DNA of 64,000 nucleotides from an uncultured Coprococcus sp. (GTDB lineage Bacteria; Bacillota; Clostridia; Lachnospirales; Lachnospiraceae): NCBI GenBank assembly GCA_964488185.1, contig CAZATW010000001.1, positions 19,582 to 83,581 of the forward strand, read 5' to 3'. Shown piece by piece: positions 59,317 to 64,000 of this stretch (position 1 is its first letter; each line of letters starts with the position of its first letter). The notes under the pieces were generated by a model. It saw only the letters and a program-made list of their open reading frames with translations, ran no database searches and was not told where the DNA came from. The position numbers and the translations under genes were made by a program.

Positions 59317-60462
59317 TTATTTCTTCCTCACATATCTTCTTAATACCGGCAATATTTCTTTAATAACCTCTATCGTATAATCCACCTGCTCTTCAGTATT
59401 ATAATCCGAAAAACTGAAACGGAGTGTAGAATCAAGCTGTTCCTTCGGCAAGCCTATTGCCTTAAGCACGCTGCTTACGGACTGTTTATTTGACGAGCAG
59501 GCCGAGCCTGCCGATACATATATCCCGTATTCCTCAAGCTTATTAAGCATTACTTGGCTTCTTACGCCTACAAAGGAAAAGCTTGCTATATGTGGTGCTT
59601 CACCTGAATGACAAAATACACTTTCGACATCCGCAAGTCCCTCTGTCAGTTTATCCTTAAGCCCTTTTATATGTTCTACACGCTCTTCAAGGTTTTCATA
59701 TACCAGCTTCGTCGCCAGTCCCAATCCCGCTATTCCCGGTACATTCTCCGTACCCGAACGCATACCGTCCTGTTGTCCGCCGCCATATATAATAGGCTTC
59801 ATTTTTGTTCCATTCTTCACAAAAAGAGCACCTACCCCCTTTGGTCCATGAAGCTTATGGCCGCTGATTGACATCAAATCAACATTCATTCTTTTCGGAT
59901 ATATATGCAGCTTGCCAAAAGCCTGTATTGCATCCACATGAAACAATACTTTTTCGTTTTTCTCTTTTATCCGCCTGCCAATCTCTTCAATCGGCATAAC
60001 AGAGCCAATTTCATTGTTTACATACATTACGGAAACAAGAATGGTATTCTCATCAACAGCTTCTACCAGCTTATCCATATCAACAATACCATTTTTATCC
60101 GTCCCAACCGAAACCACCTCAAAGCCCATATCCGCAAGGAACCTCGTACATGATGAAACGGAAGCATGCTCAACTGTTGTCGTAACGATTTTATTTCCCG
60201 TTCTTTTATTCGCAAGTGCAGCACCTATAAGAGCCATGTTGTTTGATTCGGTACCGCCCGAAGTAAACACAATCTCTTTCGGTTCTGCCTTAAGTTCTTT
60301 TGCAATGATCTCTTTTGCTGCCTTCACATATGAGCCTGCATCCGCCCCCTTTATATGAAGCGATGAGGGATTCCCATAGTCCTCCTCCATCAGTTTCATA
60401 ACAAGCTTCCTCACCTCAGGAAATACCATGGTGGTCGCAGCATTGTCAAAATATGCCTCCAT
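59317..60462 (-). CDS. iscS: Cysteine desulfurase (IscS/NifS family)
   Basis: 'YFDNAATT', 'FTSGGTESNN', 'HVDAIQ', PLP lysine 'SGHKLHG', catalytic 'SAGSACSS'. Confidence 0.92.
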   Translation of the reverse strand: MEAYFDNAATTMVFPEVRKLVMKLMEEDYGNPSSLHIKGADAGSYVKAAKEIIAKELKAEPKEIVFTSGGTESNNMALIGAALANKRTGNKIVTTTVEHASVSSCTRFLADMGFEVVSVGTDKNGIVDMDKLVEAVDENTILVSVMYVNNEIGSVMPIEEIGRRIKEKNEKVLFHVDAIQAFGKLHIYPKRMNVDLMSISGHKLHGPKGVGALFVKNGTKMKPIIYGGGQQDGMRSGTENVPGIAGLGLATKLVYENLEERVEHIKGLKDKLTEGLADVESVFCHSGEAPHIASFSFVGVRSQVMLNKLEEYGIYVSAGSACSSNKQSVSSVLKAIGLPKEQLDSTLRFSFSDYNTEEQVDYTIEVIKEILPVLRRYVRKK

Positions 60463-60509
60463 TATTTCTGCCTTTCATGTTATCAATAATTTATGCTTAT
60501 ATCCCATAA

Positions 60510-61256
60510 TCATTGGTCCTTCTCCAGTTCAAACATAACAATCGACATTATCGCCATGCCTGCTGTCTCCGTCCGAAGGATTCTTTGTCCCAATGTTATT
60601 GGTACTATTCCTACAGCTTCTGCCGCGGCAATTTCATCCTTGTCAAAGCCTCCCTCAGGACCTATAAAAATACCAAGTGATTTTTTCCCTTTTATCTTAG
60701 AAATCATCTTACGGGAAAACGCAATTTTCTCTGCCTCTTCATATGGTATCAGACACATATCCAGCTTCGCAGCCATAGATAAGGCTTCACGAAATGATAC
60801 AGGCTTAGATACCTCAGGGATTATTCCTCTTCCGCACTGCTTTGCTGCCGACAAGGCAATCCCTCTATACCTTTCAGTCTTCTTGTCCGCCTTCTTATCA
60901 TCCAGCTTCACCACGGTTCTCTTTGTCATAACAGGAACAATATGTGACACACCCAGTTCCACATTCTTCTGGATAATCAATTCAAGCTTATCCGATTTCG
61001 GATATCCCTGAAACAGGGTTATTTCTGTTTCAAGCTCTGACAAATTATCACATACATCCAAAATATCTGCAACAACTTTTTCAAATGTAATCCTCGAAAT
61101 CCGGCAATGATAATCTTTACCTGCGCCGTCACAAATGATGATTTCTTCATTTATTTTCAGTCTCAGTACATTCCTGATATGGTTTACATCCTCTCCAGAT
61201 ATTTCTATATAGTCATCTGTAAATGTACTGTTTTCATCTGCAAAAAATCTGTTCAT
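60510..61256 (-). CDS. rsmE: 16S rRNA m3U1498 methyltransferase
   Basis: 'HIRNVLRL', 'QKNVELGV', 'AAKQCGR', 'IGPEGGF', 'LGQRILRTETA'. Start moved to MNRFF (61256). Confidence 0.95.
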   Translation of the reverse strand: MNRFFADENSTFTDDYIEISGEDVNHIRNVLRLKINEEIIICDGAGKDYHCRISRITFEKVVADILDVCDNLSELETEITLFQGYPKSDKLELIIQKNVELGVSHIVPVMTKRTVVKLDDKKADKKTERYRGIALSAAKQCGRGIIPEVSKPVSFREALSMAAKLDMCLIPYEEAEKIAFSRKMISKIKGKKSLGIFIGPEGGFDKDEIAAAEAVGIVPITLGQRILRTETAGMAIMSIVMFELEKDQ

Positions 61257-61288
61257 TCCCTTTTCCTTTTGGCTGCAAAAGCTACCCA

Positions 61289-62251
61289 TTATTTTTTCTT
61301 CTTAGCTACAAAACTAACCCAATCCTTCATATAAACAGTATCTACTATGTCAAAGTTATTGTCAAGAAGGGCTTTACGCACTTCATCCTCTTTTATATTG
61401 ATGATTCCTGAGGATATAAACAAGCCGTCCTCTTTCATAAATTTCTGTACGATACCGGACAGCGGAATAATAACATCTGCCAGGATATTTGCAACTACGA
61501 TATCATAACAGCTTCCCAGCTTTTCTACCAGCGCTTCATCTTCCAATACATTGCCGCATAAAAAGCTCACCTGTTCTTCCGATATATTATTGATAACCCT
61601 GTTTTCATTTGCCACATCAACAGCGATACTGTCTATATCGATACCAAGTACCCTGCCTGCGCCAAGTCTGCTGCAAATAAAAGACAATATACCACTTCCG
61701 CTGCCTGCATCCAGTACAGCATCTCCGGTCTTCATATATTTTTTGAGCTGTCCTATACACAGCTTTGTGGTTTCATGGGAGCCTGTACCAAATGCAGTGC
61801 CCGGATCTATCTCAATAATAATATCCTCCTCTGTCACATCATCCGGTGCATCCTTCCAGGTTGGTTTGATTACAATATTGTCATATATTCTAAACGGTTT
61901 AAAATATGCTTTCCAGTTATTGAGCCAGTCCGAATCCTCTGTTTCGGAACACTCTATATGACAGCTTCCCACCTGTATAAATTCTGACAATCGGATAAGC
62001 TCCTGTTTCATTTTATTTTTTAAATTTTCTACATTACAACCGTCATCCAAAAAGCATGATACCTTTGCCGTTCCATCATATTCCGGCGCATCATCCGGTA
62101 ATAAATCAATATACATTTCTGCTATCTCCTCATCGGTTAACGGCATATTGTCCTCCACCTGAACACCTAAAACGCCTTCCTCATTGAGGAAGGCGCTTAA
62201 GAGGTCCACAGCTTCACAAGTCGTTTCTACTGTAAGCTTAGTCCATTTCAT
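61289..62251 (-). CDS. prmA: Ribosomal protein L11 methyltransferase
   Basis: 'DWLNNWKAYFKP', 'IDPGTAFGTGSHETT', 'DAGSGSGIL', 'VANILA'. Confidence 0.96.
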   Translation of the reverse strand: MKWTKLTVETTCEAVDLLSAFLNEEGVLGVQVEDNMPLTDEEIAEMYIDLLPDDAPEYDGTAKVSCFLDDGCNVENLKNKMKQELIRLSEFIQVGSCHIECSETEDSDWLNNWKAYFKPFRIYDNIVIKPTWKDAPDDVTEEDIIIEIDPGTAFGTGSHETTKLCIGQLKKYMKTGDAVLDAGSGSGILSFICSRLGAGRVLGIDIDSIAVDVANENRVINNISEEQVSFLCGNVLEDEALVEKLGSCYDIVVANILADVIIPLSGIVQKFMKEDGLFISSGIINIKEDEVRKALLDNNFDIVDTVYMKDWVSFVAKKKK

Positions 62252-62260
62252 TTATACTAC

Positions 62261-63421
62261 CTACTTTTTCTTTCTTCTCTTATGATCACCAAAGGTGAAC
62301 GAGCCTGCTGAGTCCGTAGCCGGTCTTGTTTCTACAAGAGACGCCTGCTCATACTGATTCAGTATATTTTTCTGTTCTTCTGTCAGGTTCTCCGGAACCT
62401 GTACGACAAGTGTTACAAAATGATCGCCTCTTTGGGTTGGGTTCTTAAGATTTGGAACACCCTTACCCTTCAGCTTAATTTTTGTATCTGTCTGTGTACC
62501 TGCCGGAATACTGAAATCTATTTCACCTTCAATGGTATTAATCTTTATTGTTCCTCCAAGAGCAGCCTGTGTAAATGATATAGGCTCTGAAGAATAGAGA
62601 TTATACTCCTGTCTCTGGAAGGTCGGATGACGATCTACAAGAATCGTTACATTTAAATCTCCTCTTTCTCCACCATTGATACCAGGCTCACCTTTGCCCT
62701 TGATACGGATATTTGTTCCGTTATCAACACCCGGCGGCACCGCTATCTGAATCTTCTTTCTGCTCTTTACATAACCGGTACCTGCACAGTTACTACACTT
62801 ATATCTGATAATCTTACCTGAGCCGCCGCAGTCAGGACAAGTCTGAACATTTCTCACCACACCGAAAAGTGACTGCTGTGTTGTAACAATCTGTCCCTTA
62901 CCGCCACATTTACCACATACCTCCGGTCGATGTCCCGGCTGGGAACCTGTACCCTTACAGACATCACATTCGTCCTTAAGAGGAAGATCCAGCTCCTTTT
63001 GAGTTCCAAATATAGCTTCTTCAAATGCAACCCTTATCGTTGTCTTAATATTGGCACCCTTCATCGGTCCGTTTGTATTTCTCTGTCGGCTGCCGCCGCC
63101 AAACATATCTCCGAAGATATCTCCAAAAATATCTCCCATATCAGCGAAGTCAAATCCGAATCCGCCGAATCCGCCGTCGCCGCCATTCTGGTCAAATGCC
63201 GCATGGCCGAACTGATCATACTTGGCACGTTTTTCAGGATCACTAAGTACTGCATAAGCTTCTGCTGCTTCTTTGAATTTTCTCTCAGCTTCTTCATCAC
63301 CCGGATTCATATCTGGGTGATATTTCTTTGCTACCACTCGGTATGCTTTCTTTATTTCTGCATCTGAGGCGCCTCTAGTTACACCAAGGACCTCATAATA
63401 ATCCGTTTTTGTTTCTGCCAT
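62261..63421 (-). CDS. dnaJ: Chaperone DnaJ
   Basis: J-domain 'DYYEVLGV...KYHPD', G/F region, four CxxCxGxG repeats. Confidence 0.98.
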   Translation of the reverse strand: MAETKTDYYEVLGVTRGASDAEIKKAYRVVAKKYHPDMNPGDEEAERKFKEAAEAYAVLSDPEKRAKYDQFGHAAFDQNGGDGGFGGFGFDFADMGDIFGDIFGDMFGGGSRQRNTNGPMKGANIKTTIRVAFEEAIFGTQKELDLPLKDECDVCKGTGSQPGHRPEVCGKCGGKGQIVTTQQSLFGVVRNVQTCPDCGGSGKIIRYKCSNCAGTGYVKSRKKIQIAVPPGVDNGTNIRIKGKGEPGINGGERGDLNVTILVDRHPTFQRQEYNLYSSEPISFTQAALGGTIKINTIEGEIDFSIPAGTQTDTKIKLKGKGVPNLKNPTQRGDHFVTLVVQVPENLTEEQKNILNQYEQASLVETRPATDSAGSFTFGDHKRRKKK

Positions 63422-63466
63422 ATTCTTAACCTTTCATCTGCGATAACTATAGACTATACTTTTTAT

Positions 63467-63494
63467 GATATGCAGGACTCACGTCCCGCATATC
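63467..63494 (-). other. Hairpin between dnaK and dnaJ (terminator or processing/stabilising structure)
   Basis: GATATGCAGGAC-TCAC-GTCCCGCATATC imperfect inverted repeat. Confidence 0.55.
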
Positions 63495-63506
63495 ATTCAT
63501 TTCAGA

Positions 63507-64000
63507 TTAAACCTCTGTGAAATCTCCATCTACTACATCACCATCTGAAAAGTCTGGAGTACCTGTTCCGGTTCCAGCATTTGCTCCAGGACCATTCTGC
63601 TCATAAAGCTTTGCAAATAAGTTCTGTGCGCTGTCCATAAGCTTATCCTTACCAGCCTTAATCTTCTCGACATCCAAGTCGCTCATGGCTTCGGCATCTG
63701 TGCTCTCGATAATGGCCTTAAGTGCATCAAGGTCAGCCTGAACACCGTTCTTATCCGAATCTGAAAGCTTATCACCAACCTCATTCAGTGCTTTCTCTGT
63801 CTGGAAGCAAAGTGCATCTGCTTCATTTCTTGCTTCGATGCCTTCCTTACGCTTCTTATCCTGAGCTTCATACTCAGCAGCTTCCTTTACTGCCTTCTCA
63901 ATATCATCATCTGAAAGAGATGTGCTTGAAGTAATTGTAATATGCTGCTCTCTTCCTGTTCCAAGATCCTTTGCCGAAACATTAACAATACCGTTTGCAT
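63507..64000 (-). CDS. dnaK: Chaperone DnaK, 3' part (runs off the window)
   Basis: Hand translation gives '...DANGIVNVSAKDLGTGREQHITITSSTSLSDDDIEKAVKEAAEYEAQD...VVDGDFTEV*', with the stop at 63507-63509. Lies upstream of dnaJ. Confidence 0.96.
   Translation of the reverse strand, partial: ANGIVNVSAKDLGTGREQHITITSSTSLSDDDIEKAVKEAAEYEAQDKKRKEGIEARNEADALCFQTEKALNEVGDKLSDSDKNGVQADLDALKAIIESTDAEAMSDLDVEKIKAGKDKLMDSAQNLFAKLYEQNGPGANAGTGTGTPDFSDGDVVDGDFTEV

Noticed and set aside
2963-63934. Remaining short ORF-track entries overlapping the called genes, and the extended 5' ends of purL, spo0A-1, recN, asp23, spoIIIAG, efp, pilC, pilB, OMT and rsmE
   Set aside because: Shadow ORFs have no motifs. 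Downstream starts were chosen where an RBS and the family N-terminus agree.

Overview
A 64-kb chromosomal segment from an anaerobic, probably spore-forming Firmicute. Gene order and protein sequences look like Lachnospiraceae/Clostridia (inference). Almost all genes are on the minus strand. Left to right: an AT-rich YfhO-type membrane protein; fused purL; a pair of M14/AstE-AspA-like proteins; TWO tandem spo0A genes; spoIVB; the conserved recN-argR-nadK-tlyA-dxs-ispA-xseB-xseA-nusB-asp23 block; a complete spoIIIAA-AH operon; efp, Xaa-Pro peptidase and an aroE-aroK fusion; a ~20-kb type IV pilus locus (pilB, pilT, pilC, major pilin, pilMN, pilO, four minor pilins of which two are very large, and a 2085-aa secreted protein, with no prepilin peptidase); a divergent sigK with no pro-sequence and no skin element; the U32/O-methyltransferase/short mltG/ylbF/rnj/DUF1292/ruvX/ireB/mtaB cluster; an HPr-like gene; thiI-iscS; and rsmE-prmA-dnaJ-dnaK (partial). 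I found no rRNA, tRNA, CRISPR array, integrase or transposase. The strongest leads are: (1) the spo0A pair, where one copy has a degenerate receiver and a perfect 0A box sits inside the promoter of the other copy; (2) the pilus tip module with giant pilins and a giant secreted protein; (3) an M14 gene pair with complementary active-site losses; (4) small non-coding repeat elements, one flanked by a 15-bp duplication. No database searches were run. Family names come from motif recognition and recalled synteny.
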